Part shown: positions 21,573 through 30,636 of the stretch, piece by piece | Position numbering within the stretch: position 1 is the stretch's first letter | How the letters are laid out: every line of letters begins with the position of its first letter | From: Bordetella parapertussis | GTDB taxonomy: Bacteria; Pseudomonadota; Gammaproteobacteria; Burkholderiales; Burkholderiaceae_E | Reading direction: 5' to 3' | Length of the DNA: 64,000 bases | Assembly: GCA_945872335.1 (NCBI GenBank) | Contig: CAMBZS010000001.1 | Location: forward strand, 13,597-77,596 | Notes under the pieces: model-generated | Databases searched by the model: none | Seen by the model: only the letters and a program-made list of their open reading frames with translations | Told to the model about the DNA's origin: nothing | Translations under genes and position numbers: made by a program

Positions 21573-22160
21573 ATGAAACCGCCCCTCACTGCCGCCGCCT
21601 GCGCCTTCGCGCTTGCCCTCACCACCAGCGTCGCCTCGCACGCACAGCAACCGCCATCAACTGCAGGGCAATCCATGCCCCTTGGGTCGCCTCACACCGG
21701 CCGTCATCAAGCCGGTCAACCGCACCACGCGCCGCAAGCGGGCCACGGCGGGCATCACGCCCGCGGCGGCCAGCACGGCCATGACGGGCTGATGCTGCCC
21801 GGAGCCGTTCTGTTGCGCGGGCTGAACCTGAGCGAGGCGCAGCGCGATCGGGTGTTTGCGATCCTGCATGCCCAGGCCCCCCAGATGCGGGCACAAACCC
21901 GTGACGCGCACAAAACGCGCGAGGCCCTGCACCAGGTGGCCCTCGCGGGTGAGCTTGACGAGGCGAAGCTGCAGGAGCTCGCGCAGCAGGCTTCGCGCGC
22001 CAGCACCGATCTGGCGGTGCTTCGCGCCCGCACGCACAACGCGCTCTTCAAGGAGCTCACCCCCGAGCAACAGGCGCAGCTGAAGGCGCGCATGGAATCG
22101 CGCCCTCAGCACAGCGGTCATCATCGGGCGGTCATGCACGGGATGCACTCGGCCAGCTGA
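21573..22160 (+). CDS. Periplasmic Spy/CpxP/ZraP-family (LTxxQ) protein with His-rich N- and C-terminal tails
   Basis: Signal peptide MKPPLTAAACAFALALTTSVASHA. Two LTxxQ-type motifs (LNLSEAQRDRV, LTPEQQAQL). His-rich segments HQAGQPHHAPQAGHGGHHARGGQHGHDG and QHSGHHRAVMHGMHSAS. AAGGAA Shine-Dalgarno sequence. Confidence 0.8.
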   Translation: MKPPLTAAACAFALALTTSVASHAQQPPSTAGQSMPLGSPHTGRHQAGQPHHAPQAGHGGHHARGGQHGHDGLMLPGAVLLRGLNLSEAQRDRVFAILHAQAPQMRAQTRDAHKTREALHQVALAGELDEAKLQELAQQASRASTDLAVLRARTHNALFKELTPEQQAQLKARMESRPQHSGHHRAVMHGMHSAS

Positions 22161-22272
22161 GCGTTCCGCGGGGCGGCGCCGGGTGGTTCGCCTGGCGCCG
22201 GCCATCGGGCGTGGCATAGTGAAGGCTCGCCCCTTGTCACGCAGCCAGGCCAATCGGCCTCGGCCACGCCCG

Positions 22273-22893
22273 ATGCTCGATTCCGCTCTACCTTTCGCAG
22301 GCACCTCTGTCAGCTGGCTTGAACTCGTCGCGTTTGCTTTCGCGCTCGCCGGGGTGGTGCTCACCGCGCGCGTGAGCCCCTGGGGCTGGCCGCCCACCAT
22401 GGTTGCGAGCGCGCTCTACGGCTGGCTTTTTTTCGAACACAGACTCTACGGCGATGCCGCGCTTCAGCTCTTTTTCATTGCGGTGTCGATCTGGGGCTGG
22501 CGGGCATGGCTGCGCCCGCTGCCGACGCCCGATGACAAGCGCCCTTCTGGTCAGATCCCGCTCAGCGTTCGCAGCCTGTCGCGACCCGCGCGCCTGCGCC
22601 TGTCGATCGCACTCGGTGCGGCATGGCTTGCCACCGGAACGGTTCTGTCGCGCTTTACCGATACCGATGTTGCCTGGCTCGATGCGGCGCCCACCGCCGG
22701 GAGTCTGTTTGCACAGGTGCTGCTCGCGCGTCGATATCGCGAGGCCTGGGCGCTCTGGATTGGCGTGAATGCGATCGCGTTGGCCCTCTTTGCGATCAAG
22801 TCGCTCTGGCTCACCGCAATCCTGTATGCACTCCTTCTGGCGCTATCGGTCCTGGGCTGGCGACACTGGCAGCGCCTGGCAAGCCAGAGATGA
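22273..22893 (+). CDS. pnuC: PnuC-family transporter (nicotinamide riboside transporter type; a thiamine-type PnuT is not excluded)
   Basis: SWLELVAFAFALAGVVLTAR...WGWPPTMVASALYGWLF...AALQLFFIAVSIWGW pattern typical of PnuC; about 7 TM segments. Confidence 0.8.
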   Translation: MLDSALPFAGTSVSWLELVAFAFALAGVVLTARVSPWGWPPTMVASALYGWLFFEHRLYGDAALQLFFIAVSIWGWRAWLRPLPTPDDKRPSGQIPLSVRSLSRPARLRLSIALGAAWLATGTVLSRFTDTDVAWLDAAPTAGSLFAQVLLARRYREAWALWIGVNAIALALFAIKSLWLTAILYALLLALSVLGWRHWQRLASQR

Positions 22894-23453
22894 CCGCACA
22901 TCTAATCATGCCTCACACAGGCGCCACGCAAGACACGGCCCGGCTCGCACTCGTTCTGGGTGGCGAGTGCAGCGGCAAGACCACGCTCTGCGAGGCGATC
23001 GCGGGTCGTCTGCAGGCGCCGCTCGCGCCGGAATATCTCCGGATGTGGTGCGAGCGCGAGGGCCGCACCCCCGATCGCCATGAGCAGCGGCAGGTGATCG
23101 CCGGGCAGCTCATGCTCACCCGCGCGGCACTCAGGCAGGCCCGCGCCACGCAGGCCCGCTGGGTGCTCTGCGATGGCGCACCGCTACTCACCGCGGCCTA
23201 CAGCATCGAATACTTCAACGACGATTCACTGGTCGAGATGGGGCTACGGCACGCGCGGCGCGCGGCGCGCATCGTGCTCCTTGATCCCGGGATCGAATGG
23301 CAAGCCGACGGGCGGCTGCGAGATGGCCCCGCACGCCGCCGCTCAGTGCATTGCATCCTGGTCGATCTGCTGCAGCAGGCGAAGCTCGCGCATCACACGC
23401 TTGCAGGAACGCCCGCGGCGCGGATGCGGGATTGCCTTGCGCTTCTGCGCTAA
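22890..23453 (+). CDS. P-loop ATPase/kinase resembling the ribosylnicotinamide kinase (RNK) domain of NadR
   Basis: Walker A VLGGECSGKTTL matches the NadR RNK ILGGESSGKS motif. The start ATGA overlaps the pnuC stop (translational coupling). 187 aa. Confidence 0.7.
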   Translation: MTAHLIMPHTGATQDTARLALVLGGECSGKTTLCEAIAGRLQAPLAPEYLRMWCEREGRTPDRHEQRQVIAGQLMLTRAALRQARATQARWVLCDGAPLLTAAYSIEYFNDDSLVEMGLRHARRAARIVLLDPGIEWQADGRLRDGPARRRSVHCILVDLLQQAKLAHHTLAGTPAARMRDCLALLR

Positions 23454-23539
23454 CATCGCGTCTGGTCGCTAGGGGTCCCGGACAAATCCGGCCCGCGGAA
23501 GGCGCCCTGCCAGCCGGGTTGATCAAAGCCCGACTCGCA

Positions 23540-23630
23540 GGACGTCCCCGCCGGACGGTCTGCCATGCAGACGGGTGAGAAAAACCCTTGGAACCTGATC
23601 AAGTTAACCCTTGCGCAGGGAAGCGTCCGT
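23540..23630 (+). promoter_or_regulatory. TPP (THI-box) riboswitch
   Basis: GGACG...(P3 hairpin GUCUGC-cau-GCAGAC)...GGGUGAGAAAAACCCUUGGAACCUGAUCAAGUUAACCCUUGCGCAGGGAAGCGUCC. Compare E. coli thiM CUGAGAAAUACCCGUAUCACCUGAUCUGGAUAAUGCCAGCGUAGGGAAG. P1 (GGACG/CGUCC) and P5 (CAAG/CUUG) pair. The pairing of the 5' half (P2) was not fully resolved by eye. Confidence 0.75.
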
Positions 23631-23729
23631 TGCCGAAAGAGGTCGAGCCGACCTTCTCTCATGCCACCCATTGTTGACGGGGCTGGCCGGCTTCGGGGGC
23701 TTTGTTGCGCTGGTCACGGAGCCGCCCTG

Positions 23730-25952
23730 ATGAATCGTCGACTGTCCCGCATTCTGCCCTGCGTTCTGTGCCGTGTTCTGCCCCCGCTTGGCGTCACCGC
23801 TGCGCTCATGGCGGGCATCGCCGCGCCCCTGGCGTGGGCGCAATCATCGCCTTCTGCCGCGTCGCCCGCGCCGCTTGCGCCGCTCGCGCCCGTTGAGGTT
23901 CGCGCAGGCAACGCCTCGCCTGCGCGACAAGGTGCCTCGGTGGGCGGACTGAGTGATGCGCCGCTTGCCGAGACCCCGCAAACTGTCTCGGTGATCCGCG
24001 CCGAAGCGCTTCGCGAGGCGGGCGCCAACAGCCTGTCGAGCGCCGTGCGCGGTGAGCCCTCCGCGAGCGACTTCTACAACACGCTCGGCTACATCGAGAG
24101 CCTTCAGGTGCGCGGGTTCCTGCTGAACAACGCGCTCAATTTCCGCCGTGACGGCTTGCCCATCTCGAACCATGCACCGTTTGCGCTCGAGAACAAGTCA
24201 TCGATTGAAATTCTGAAGGGCTTGTCTGGCATTCAGGCCGGGTTGTCCGCGCCGGGGGGCCTGGTGAATTTCACAGTGAAGCGTCCCACTGCGCAGCCGC
24301 TTCGCGAGGTGGTTGCGGGGTTAAGCGAACGCGGGTCCACGCTGCTGCACGGCGATCTGGGCGGACGCGCGGGTGCCGATGGCGCATTCGGTTACCGGAT
24401 CAACGCCGCGCTCGAGGAGCGACGGCCCGAGGTGCGCAATGCGCCAGGCGGGCGCGAATTCCTGAGCGGTTTTTTCGATCTGCGGCTGGGCGACGGCTGG
24501 CTCGCCGAGGCAGAGTTTGAGTCACAGACCTCGCGGCAGATCAGCGTGCCGGGTTTCGGCCTGTTGGGGGGCACGGTGCTCCCGCCACCGCTCGACCCGC
24601 GACTCAATCTCAACGCGCAGTCGTGGTCACAACCCTTTGACAGTCGTAGCCTCACCGGCTCGCTAAGGCTTCAGAAACTGCTCGCGAACGACTGGACCGC
24701 GTCGGTACGCGCGGGGCAGCAGCGGATACGGACAAACGATCGGCTCGCGTTTCCAGATGGATGCGGCAACATCTATCCCGGCATGTGCGCCGACTACAGC
24801 AGCGACCTCTATGACTATCGAAGCGATAACGAGCGCCGCACGATGGGCTCGGCGGAGTTCATGCTGCGCGGCGAACTGAGGAGCGGGTCAGTGCGGCACG
24901 AAGTGACCGCAGCTTTGCTGAGAGCCGAATACGACGAGCGTTTCGACCCCACGCAGGTCTATGACTGGGTGGGTCAGATCAATGCGCTTCGGCCAGCATC
25001 CCTTACGCCAAATGCCTCGCCTTGGACATCTCCCAACACAAACCGCAGTCTTCGCAGCACCGAGCTGCAGCTGGCCGATGTCATTCGCCTCGACGAGCGC
25101 TGGTCGCTCTGGGTGGGCGTGCGCCATACGCAGTTGGACAGCGCAAGCCTCAGCACCGACACCACCGATCGGCAGGCACTCGCCTATTCGCAGCAGTTCA
25201 CCACGCCCTGGGGCGCGGTGGGCTACAAGCCCTGGCAAGGCGGGTTTGCATTCATCTCCGCCGGGCAGGGCATTGAAACCGACGCTGCGCCGAACCGGCC
25301 CGCCGACTACGGCAATGCCGGCGCGATTCTCCCGGCGCTTCGCAGCCGGCAGACGGAAGCGGGGCTCCGGCAGCAGCTTGCAGGGGGCGGGCTTGCCAGC
25401 GTCACGCTGTTCGATATCGACCGGCCGCTGTCGGCCGACATCACCGATCCGACTGACCCGGACAGGAAACTTCGAGTGGTCGGCCTGAAGCAGGCTCGCC
25501 ACCGCGGCATCGAGCTCGCCTGGCTCGGGCAGCTCGCACGCGACTGGACGCTCGCAGCGCAAGCTACCGCGCTCGATGCCACGACCACACGCTCGCCGGA
25601 TGCCACCGAGGTCGGCAAGCGCTCGCGCAATACCGCGCCGCTCGCCGCTGCAGCGAGCCTCGGCTGGCGGGTGCCCGGCGCAGCCGGTCTCACCTGGAAC
25701 AACCGGTTCGCATGGAGCGACAACAAGGCGGTGACAGGCAATGAATCCGTGCTCCTCCCCGCCTGGTGGCAGCTCGACAGCTCGGTCACCTGGCGCGCGC
25801 CGGGCCGTCACGCACTCACCTGGCGGGCGGGTGTGGACAATGTCCTCGATCGCCGCTTCTGGCGCGATGCGCCCACCACCTACTGGGGCGGCACCTATCT
25901 GTTCCCGGCACCGCCCCGCACCTTCAGGGTATCGGTCCAGGCCCGCTTCTGA
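23730..25952 (+). CDS. TonB-dependent outer-membrane receptor (siderophore-receptor-like fold), predicted thiamine or thiamine-precursor receptor
   Basis: Signal peptide ending AWA-QS, plug domain (PQTVSVI...), beta-barrel with C-terminal ...FRVSVQARF. The start at ATG 23730 has a GGAG Shine-Dalgarno sequence. ATG 23661 is an alternative. The track start at 23565 lies inside the riboswitch. Confidence 0.85.
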   Translation: MNRRLSRILPCVLCRVLPPLGVTAALMAGIAAPLAWAQSSPSAASPAPLAPLAPVEVRAGNASPARQGASVGGLSDAPLAETPQTVSVIRAEALREAGANSLSSAVRGEPSASDFYNTLGYIESLQVRGFLLNNALNFRRDGLPISNHAPFALENKSSIEILKGLSGIQAGLSAPGGLVNFTVKRPTAQPLREVVAGLSERGSTLLHGDLGGRAGADGAFGYRINAALEERRPEVRNAPGGREFLSGFFDLRLGDGWLAEAEFESQTSRQISVPGFGLLGGTVLPPPLDPRLNLNAQSWSQPFDSRSLTGSLRLQKLLANDWTASVRAGQQRIRTNDRLAFPDGCGNIYPGMCADYSSDLYDYRSDNERRTMGSAEFMLRGELRSGSVRHEVTAALLRAEYDERFDPTQVYDWVGQINALRPASLTPNASPWTSPNTNRSLRSTELQLADVIRLDERWSLWVGVRHTQLDSASLSTDTTDRQALAYSQQFTTPWGAVGYKPWQGGFAFISAGQGIETDAAPNRPADYGNAGAILPALRSRQTEAGLRQQLAGGGLASVTLFDIDRPLSADITDPTDPDRKLRVVGLKQARHRGIELAWLGQLARDWTLAAQATALDATTTRSPDATEVGKRSRNTAPLAAAASLGWRVPGAAGLTWNNRFAWSDNKAVTGNESVLLPAWWQLDSSVTWRAPGRHALTWRAGVDNVLDRRFWRDAPTTYWGGTYLFPAPPRTFRVSVQARF

Positions 25953-25969
25953 GGCGGGGGCGCTGCCCG

Positions 25970-27073
25970 TCAGCGAGCGGCTTCGTGGCCGAGCGCGCGT
26001 GCAATCCGCCCGAAAAAGCGATCGGCATGCTCGGCCTCGAGCCAGCGCGCCACCAGCACCAGATCGAGCTCACGATCGACCCAGGTGAACGAGGAACCCG
26101 CACCAATCGCAAAGACGCTGGAGGCCGGCGCAGACGGGAACACCTCGCGGGTGCGATTGAGCCACACCAGCATGCCGTAGAAGGGCGCGATCGCGCAGGG
26201 CGCGAGCATCCGGGCGATCCATTGCGAGGAAATCACCTGCCGGCCCGCCCAGGCGCCGCCGTGAAGCAGCAGCGTGCCGAGCCGGATCTGATCCTCGCTA
26301 CTGATGGTGACCCCTCCGCCCCAGTGCGTGCCGCCCGGCACCGACTGCATGCGGCGCCCGTCGATCTCGAGCCAGGCGTTGTCGTAGCCGCGCCAGGTCC
26401 AGTCGGCCGACGCACCGATCGGCTCCATCACGGCCTGGCGAAACACCTCGGGCAGGGGCTCTCGAAACAGGTGAAGCAGCGCAAGCGAGAGATGGTTGAT
26501 CCGGACGTCGTTGTACTCCCAATAGGTGCCGGGCACCCGGAGCGGACGGGCACCGCCTTTAGCGCCCGTATCCTTGCCCGGCGGCTGAAAGGAGAGCCGG
26601 CGCCAGCGATCGACCTGGTCCGGGAGCCCGAAGCACTCGCCCTCCCATTCGCTCGTCTGCTGCAACAGATGGGTCCAGCAGATCGACGCATTGTGGGCGC
26701 TGTCAAAGCCAATGCCGGGAAGCCGGGCACGAATCGGTTCATCGGGATCGGCGATCAAGCCGCGATCAAAAGCAACGCCTGCGAGGAGCGCGAGGTAGGT
26801 CTTCGCCACACTGAAAGTGAGATCGGCGCGCGCGGGCTCACCCCAACGGGCGAGGCGCCGCCCGCGATGGACCAGGACGCCGCTTGCCGGCCCCCGCGCC
26901 GACACCGGGCCCAGCAGGCGGTTCCAGGGCGGGGGGTCGGCCCCGTGCACACCCCAGGTGCTGCCATCGGCGCTCGGTTCACGAGACCACTTCGATTCAT
27001 GCGCGATCGCATCCTCGATCGCCGCGCCGAGCAAGCCGGCCACAGCGGGTTCGGCATCGATCATGACTGTCAT
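25970..27073 (-). CDS. Serine hydrolase, beta-lactamase/transpeptidase-like (class C-related) family
   Basis: SxxK motif in FSVAKTY; 367 aa; convergent with the TonB-dependent receptor. Confidence 0.7.
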   Translation of the reverse strand: MTVMIDAEPAVAGLLGAAIEDAIAHESKWSREPSADGSTWGVHGADPPPWNRLLGPVSARGPASGVLVHRGRRLARWGEPARADLTFSVAKTYLALLAGVAFDRGLIADPDEPIRARLPGIGFDSAHNASICWTHLLQQTSEWEGECFGLPDQVDRWRRLSFQPPGKDTGAKGGARPLRVPGTYWEYNDVRINHLSLALLHLFREPLPEVFRQAVMEPIGASADWTWRGYDNAWLEIDGRRMQSVPGGTHWGGGVTISSEDQIRLGTLLLHGGAWAGRQVISSQWIARMLAPCAIAPFYGMLVWLNRTREVFPSAPASSVFAIGAGSSFTWVDRELDLVLVARWLEAEHADRFFGRIARALGHEAAR

Positions 27074-27166
27074 GGGGCACTCCGAAATGTCGCAGCCTCA
27101 TGCTGTCGGGCTGCCTGTGATCGCGCCTCGGTTGGGCACGCGCACCGAACAGGCTACCATCGCGGA

Positions 27167-27916
27167 ATGAATACTCCCGACTCCGCCCGTTCCCTCGACG
27201 AAGCCGAGCTGGCAAGGCTCGATGACCTGCTGGCCCTCGCCCATCCCGAGCAATCGATGATGCTCGAGGAATACGACGGCTTCTGCGCGGCACTGGCCTG
27301 CTCACCCACGCCGATCTCGCCTGATGACAGTTTGCCGGTGGTGCTGGGCGCGGAGCCCGGGGTGGCGCTCGCCGCCTTGCCCGAGGCCGATCGGGGCGAG
27401 CTGCTGTCGCTCCTGGGGCGTCATCGCCGGGCCGTCGCGAGGCGTCTCTATGAGGGCGAAGCCTGGAACGCGGTGATTGGCACCGATGAATCCGGCCGGG
27501 CGCTGGGCGATGCCTGGGCGATCGGTTTTCTGCGCGCGATGGAACTGAATCCCGACGACTGGGGCCTGCTCGACGAAGACGAGGTCTGCGAGGAGGCGTT
27601 TGATCTGATCCTGCGATTCGCGAGCGAGGCTGGTGCGGCGGCGGCGGCCGATGCAGCAGGCAATCCCGAGACGGGCGGGCGCAGCATCGAGTCCCTGGAC
27701 GACGAACCGTTCGAACCCATCGAAGACGATGAGCGGGAGGAAATGATCGACCTCATGCTGGAAGGCGTAAGCGAGATTTTCGCGCGACTCGCACCCGCCC
27801 GAGAGAAGGCCCTCAAGCCCGCCACCATCCGGCACGACGGCCCGCGTGCCGGCCGGAACGACCCCTGCCCCTGCGGCAGCGGACGAAAATACAAGCACTG
27901 CCACGGCGCAGGCTGA
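27167..27916 (+). CDS. UPF0149/YecA-family protein with a C-terminal SEC-C metal-binding motif
   Basis: The N-terminal [15 protein letters not shown] pattern is typical of YecA, followed by an acidic central region and C-terminal [14 protein letters not shown]. Only this 3' part of the 716-aa track ORF is credible. Confidence 0.75.
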   Translation: MNTPDSARSLDEAELARLDDLLALAHPEQSMMLEEYDGFCAALACSPTPISPDDSLPVVLGAEPGVALAALPEADRGELLSLLGRHRRAVARRLYEGEAWNAVIGTDESGRALGDAWAIGFLRAMELNPDDWGLLDEDEVCEEAFDLILRFASEAGAAAAADAAGNPETGGRSIESLDDEPFEPIEDDEREEMIDLMLEGVSEIFARLAPAREKALKPATIRHDGPRAGRNDPCPCGSGRKYKHCHGAG

Positions 27917-27972
27917 GCCAAGCGAGCAGCCGCGTGGCCATCGCCCCACCCCCTCCCCAAGGATCCACTGCC

Positions 27973-28734
27973 ATGTCTGAGCGCCCCCCCCGAATCGCGA
28001 TTGTCACCGGCGGCGGCACCGGCGTCGGGCGCGCGGCCGCGCGTGCACTGGCCGGCGCAGGCTGGCAGGTCGTACTCGCCGGACGACGGATCGAGCCGCT
28101 CGCGCGCACCATCGACGAAATCGGCACTGCCGGGCCGACGCCACTCGCTATTCCCACCGACGTGGGCGACCCCGCTTCGGTGCGCGCGCTATTTGATCAG
28201 ACCTGGCAGGCCTTCGGCCGCCTCGACCTGCTGTTCAACAACGCCGGCACTGGCGCACCCGCCATCCCGATCGAGGAGCTGAGCTACGAGCAATGGATGA
28301 CGGTGGTCAATGCCAATCTCACCGGCGCCTTCCTCTGCACGCAGCAGGCCTTCCGGCTCATGAAGATGCAGACGCCGCGCGGCGGCCGGATCATCAACAA
28401 CGGCTCCATCTCGGCGCACACCCCGCGGCCTTTCTCCGCTCCCTACACCTCAACCAAACACGCCATCACCGGCCTCACCAAATCCGCCGCGCTCGATGGC
28501 CGCGCCTGGGACATCGCCTGCGGTCAGATCGATATCGGCAATGCCGCCACCGAGATGACCGACCGGATGACCCGCGGCGTGCCGCAACCCGATGGCACCA
28601 GCCGCGTCGAGCCGCGCATGGATGTCGACCATGTCGGCCAGGCGATTCTGTACATGGCGGGGCTGCCGCCGGAATCGAATGTGCTTTTCATGACGGTGAT
28701 GGCCACCCAGATGCCCTTCGTCGGGCGGGGTTAG
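27973..28734 (+). CDS. SDR family oxidoreductase
   Basis: [16 protein letters not shown] cofactor motif, NNAG, catalytic YTSTKHA. Confidence 0.85.
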   Translation: MSERPPRIAIVTGGGTGVGRAAARALAGAGWQVVLAGRRIEPLARTIDEIGTAGPTPLAIPTDVGDPASVRALFDQTWQAFGRLDLLFNNAGTGAPAIPIEELSYEQWMTVVNANLTGAFLCTQQAFRLMKMQTPRGGRIINNGSISAHTPRPFSAPYTSTKHAITGLTKSAALDGRAWDIACGQIDIGNAATEMTDRMTRGVPQPDGTSRVEPRMDVDHVGQAILYMAGLPPESNVLFMTVMATQMPFVGRG

Positions 28735-28750
28735 CGAACCGCGCGTCGCG

Positions 28751-29404
28751 TCAACCGGCTTCGGCCTCGAGGGCGATCCGGTCGAGGATGGCCTCAGCCC
28801 CCTGGGCGCCGCTCACCGCACCGCGACCGTTCACGATAAAGCAGGGCACGCCGCGAATCCCCGCCCGACGCGCCCGCTGATCGGCCTCAGCGACTTCCTC
28901 ATGCGCCTGCGGGTCAGCCAGCGCGCGTTCGATCGCCGGTTCGGAAAGCCCGGCTGCGCGCGCTATGTCACGCAACTGGGCGAGGTCGGTGAGGTCGCGG
29001 CCCTGCTGGAAATACGCGGTAAAAAGCGCCTCGGCGAGCGCATCCTGCAAGCGCTGATCGGGCGCGGCCGCCATCAAGGCGTGCGCGCGCAGCGTGTTGG
29101 GTTGCCGGGCGATCGCGTCAATCGCAAGCGTGAGATCGACGGCACCGGCCGCGCGCTGCACATTCGCATAGATCCGCGAGGTGTCGGCGCTCCCAAACTT
29201 CTGGGCCAGGTAGTCGCTGCGCAAGACGCCCTCGTCGGGCAAATCGGGATTCAGCTGAAACGGATGCCAACGCACTTCAACCGGCTGATCCGGGTGCGTC
29301 TCACGCCAGCGGGCGAGCGCCGCCTCCAGTTGCCGCTTGCCCACGAAACACCAGGGACACACCACATCGGACACCACGTCGATCCGGATCGAACCTGCAG
29401 ACAT
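28751..29404 (-). CDS. DsbA-family thiol oxidoreductase (FrnE / 2-hydroxychromene-2-carboxylate isomerase-like)
   Basis: N-terminal DVVSDVVCPWCFVGKRQLE (CPWC active site) and C-terminal GVPCFIVNG. Confidence 0.8.
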   Translation of the reverse strand: MSAGSIRIDVVSDVVCPWCFVGKRQLEAALARWRETHPDQPVEVRWHPFQLNPDLPDEGVLRSDYLAQKFGSADTSRIYANVQRAAGAVDLTLAIDAIARQPNTLRAHALMAAAPDQRLQDALAEALFTAYFQQGRDLTDLAQLRDIARAAGLSEPAIERALADPQAHEEVAEADQRARRAGIRGVPCFIVNGRGAVSGAQGAEAILDRIALEAEAG

Positions 29405-29542
29405 TCTTTCACCCCTCGTCGGTCAAGCCAACACCTGTAAAGCCGTGATCTTAGCGCCGCCGCACGGCGCGACCTACAATGCTGGCACTCGGGGCGCGGC
29501 AGGGGGCCGGGCGCTCTTTTCTCCTTGATACGGAATCTGACA

Positions 29543-30331
29543 ATGGAACAGGACATGATCGGACGCGTGGTGCTTGTCACCGGCGCGAGCAAAGGGATCG
29601 GGCTTGCGTGCGTCGAGCGCTTCGCACGCGCCGGCGCGCGGGTGGTGGGCGTCTCACGCACGGCGGCCAACCTCGACGAGGCGTCACGCCTGCTGTCGGC
29701 CAAGGGCGTCTCGATGGCGGCCACGCTGGCGGTTGACCTCACCGATGCGGCGGCCGCACAAGCCATGGTGGAGCAGGTCGAACGCGAAGTGGGCCCCATC
29801 GCGGTTCTGGTGACCTCGGCCGGCGCTGCCCGCCGTTTCGGGCCCGACGAGCTCGACTCGGCCGCCTTCCATCAAGGCATGAACGGCAAGTATTTCAGCT
29901 ATGTGAATGTCATCGCACCGGTGGTGCGATGCATGGCCTCGCGCAATGCCGGCGCGGTGGTGAACATCATCGGCCAGGGCGGCAAACAGGCGGGCGTGAT
30001 GCACATCTCGGGTGGTGCGGCCAACGCCGCGCTGATGCTCAATACGGTCGGCTATGCGCGTGCCTTTGCCGACCAGGGCATTCGGGTGAACGGCATCAAT
30101 CCCGGTCTTACCCGCACCTCCAGGGTAGACGAGGGTCTTCGCGCAGCATCGCGGGTGAGCGGCCGGCCAGTGGACGAACTGCTTGCGGAAGAGACCGCAC
30201 GGATTCCGATGAAGCGCATGGCCGAGCCCCAGGAAATCGCCGAGGTCGCGCACTTTCTCGCAAGTGACCGCGCGAGCTACGTGAACGGCGTGGTCATCCC
30301 GATGGACGGCTGCGGCACCTCGGTCATCTGA
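29543..30331 (+). CDS. SDR family oxidoreductase
   Basis: VVLVTGASKGIGLA cofactor motif and a 3-oxoacyl-ACP reductase-like fold. The ATG at 29543 is preferred over the TTG at 29525. Confidence 0.8.
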   Translation: MEQDMIGRVVLVTGASKGIGLACVERFARAGARVVGVSRTAANLDEASRLLSAKGVSMAATLAVDLTDAAAAQAMVEQVEREVGPIAVLVTSAGAARRFGPDELDSAAFHQGMNGKYFSYVNVIAPVVRCMASRNAGAVVNIIGQGGKQAGVMHISGGAANAALMLNTVGYARAFADQGIRVNGINPGLTRTSRVDEGLRAASRVSGRPVDELLAEETARIPMKRMAEPQEIAEVAHFLASDRASYVNGVVIPMDGCGTSVI

Positions 30332-30636
30332 TGGACGGTGACCTGAACACGCTCGCCACCGATCGCGTAACGACCTACCCCGCTGCGATCGGTCGGTTGC
30401 GAAGCGTCCTCAACCGGACGCCAGCGCCGCAGGCAGCTGAGCTTGCCCGGGCATGGCGCGCCGAGCGCGAACTGCTCGCCGCGCTCCCGCCCCGCTTCGG
30501 CCAGGTGCTCGAGGCGCTGCTGTCACGCCTGGAGTCGGCCGCCATGTTCGGCGAGGAAAGCTGTTCGTTCAGCGCCACCGACCTGCGGGGCGAGCTCTCG
30601 GTCTGGCTCACCAAAGCCGAGCGCGCGCTCGGATGA
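30331..30636 (+). CDS. Hypothetical protein (101 aa), family not recognised; translationally coupled on both sides
   Basis: High GC3. Its ATG shares a base with the SDR stop (TGATG), and its TGA overlaps the srkA ATG (ATGA). Confidence 0.55.
   Translation: MDGDLNTLATDRVTTYPAAIGRLRSVLNRTPAPQAAELARAWRAERELLAALPPRFGQVLEALLSRLESAAMFGEESCSFSATDLRGELSVWLTKAERALG

Noticed and set aside
22161-22272. NAD+ or TPP riboswitch in the pnuC leader
   Set aside because: No THI-box core (CUGAGA...ACCUGAUC...AGGGA) or NAD-riboswitch-like motif is visible. There is only a weak GGCGCC hairpin (22175-22199) without a U-tract.
23565-23729. N-terminal 55 codons of the track ORF for the TonB-dependent receptor
   Set aside because: This stretch coincides with the conserved TPP-riboswitch core, and the encoded peptide (MQTGEKNPWNLIKLTLAQGSVRCRK...) is not signal-peptide-like. 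A proper signal peptide with an upstream Shine-Dalgarno sequence starts at 23730.
25766-27166. Long + strand ORF (716 aa in the track) covering the whole serine-hydrolase gene
   Set aside because: It is antisense to a gene with a clear SxxK hydrolase signature, and the translation is Arg/Gly/Pro/Ala-rich, which is typical of a high-GC antisense frame. Only the 3' part from ATG 27167 (YecA-like, SEC-C motif) looks like a real protein.
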